Shown piece after piece: positions 63,747 to 64,000 of a DNA stretch of 64,000 nt. Positions within the stretch are counted from its first letter, which is position 1. Each line of letters begins with the position of its first letter. The DNA is from Blepharisma stoltei ATCC 30299 (lineage: Eukaryota > Protista > Ciliophora): assembly GCA_965603825.1 (NCBI GenBank), contig CBFDEM010000022.1, forward strand, positions 62,001-126,000, read 5' to 3'. The position numbers and the translations under genes are program-made. Under the pieces are notes generated by a model. It did no database searches. It was not told the DNA's origin and saw nothing but the letters and a program-made list of their open reading frames with translations.

Positions 63747-64000
63747 GATTTTGATTTTATAAAATAAATAGCTGGGGACTTCAATTAGAATTGATAATTA
63801 TAGCAGAGCTGGGAGGTAAGTGCCAGGGAATGATATAGTTAAAGTTTTGGTAATAATTCATCTCAGCAATTTTGAATTCATTTGAAGGATATAAATGAAT
63901 GGAGTTAATAAAATGTGAAATATATGCTGAAATACACAAATCCGATGCAATTATAAATCTAACTTAAAAATTGTAAATGTCAATAGAAGTCACTAGTATT

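Noticed and set aside
1-64000. Telomeric repeats, rRNA, transposase ORFs, CRISPR arrays
   Set aside because: None recognised on either strand by manual reading.

Overview
AT-rich, gene-dense eukaryotic DNA. In-frame TGA falls at conserved Trp positions (kinase DVWS, S1/P1 WWxxGH, AAA-like WYNGY), the genes I could trace end in TAA/TAG, and introns are 15-nt GT-AG with an invariant A at position 10. This points to a heterotrich ciliate macronuclear genome, most likely Blepharisma (inference). The supplied ORF track is therefore fragmented; gene models below are rebuilt by hand with TGA=Trp. The first 43.5 kb is a large degenerate inverted duplication centred near 18.2 kb. It carries five copies (2 full-length, 1 N-truncated, 2 disrupted) of an intronless ~1100-aa bacterial-type gene: an apparently inactive CE-clan/Ulp1-like domain, an AAA-ATPase-like domain and a PD-(D/E)XK nuclease. 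It also carries a 2473-aa USP9/24/34-like deubiquitinase, a ~2020-aa coiled-coil protein, decayed mirror copies of both, and an S1/P1 nuclease. Two related 56-bp perfect GC-rich hairpins bounded by TA look like a miniature palindromic IES/MITE family; one sits in frame in a nuclease gene, with empty sites in the paralogs. The rest holds tRNA-Leu(AAG) and mostly ordinary genes (ubiquilin, EEP, kelch, PIG-P, sorting nexin, REI1/ZNF622, RRM and others).
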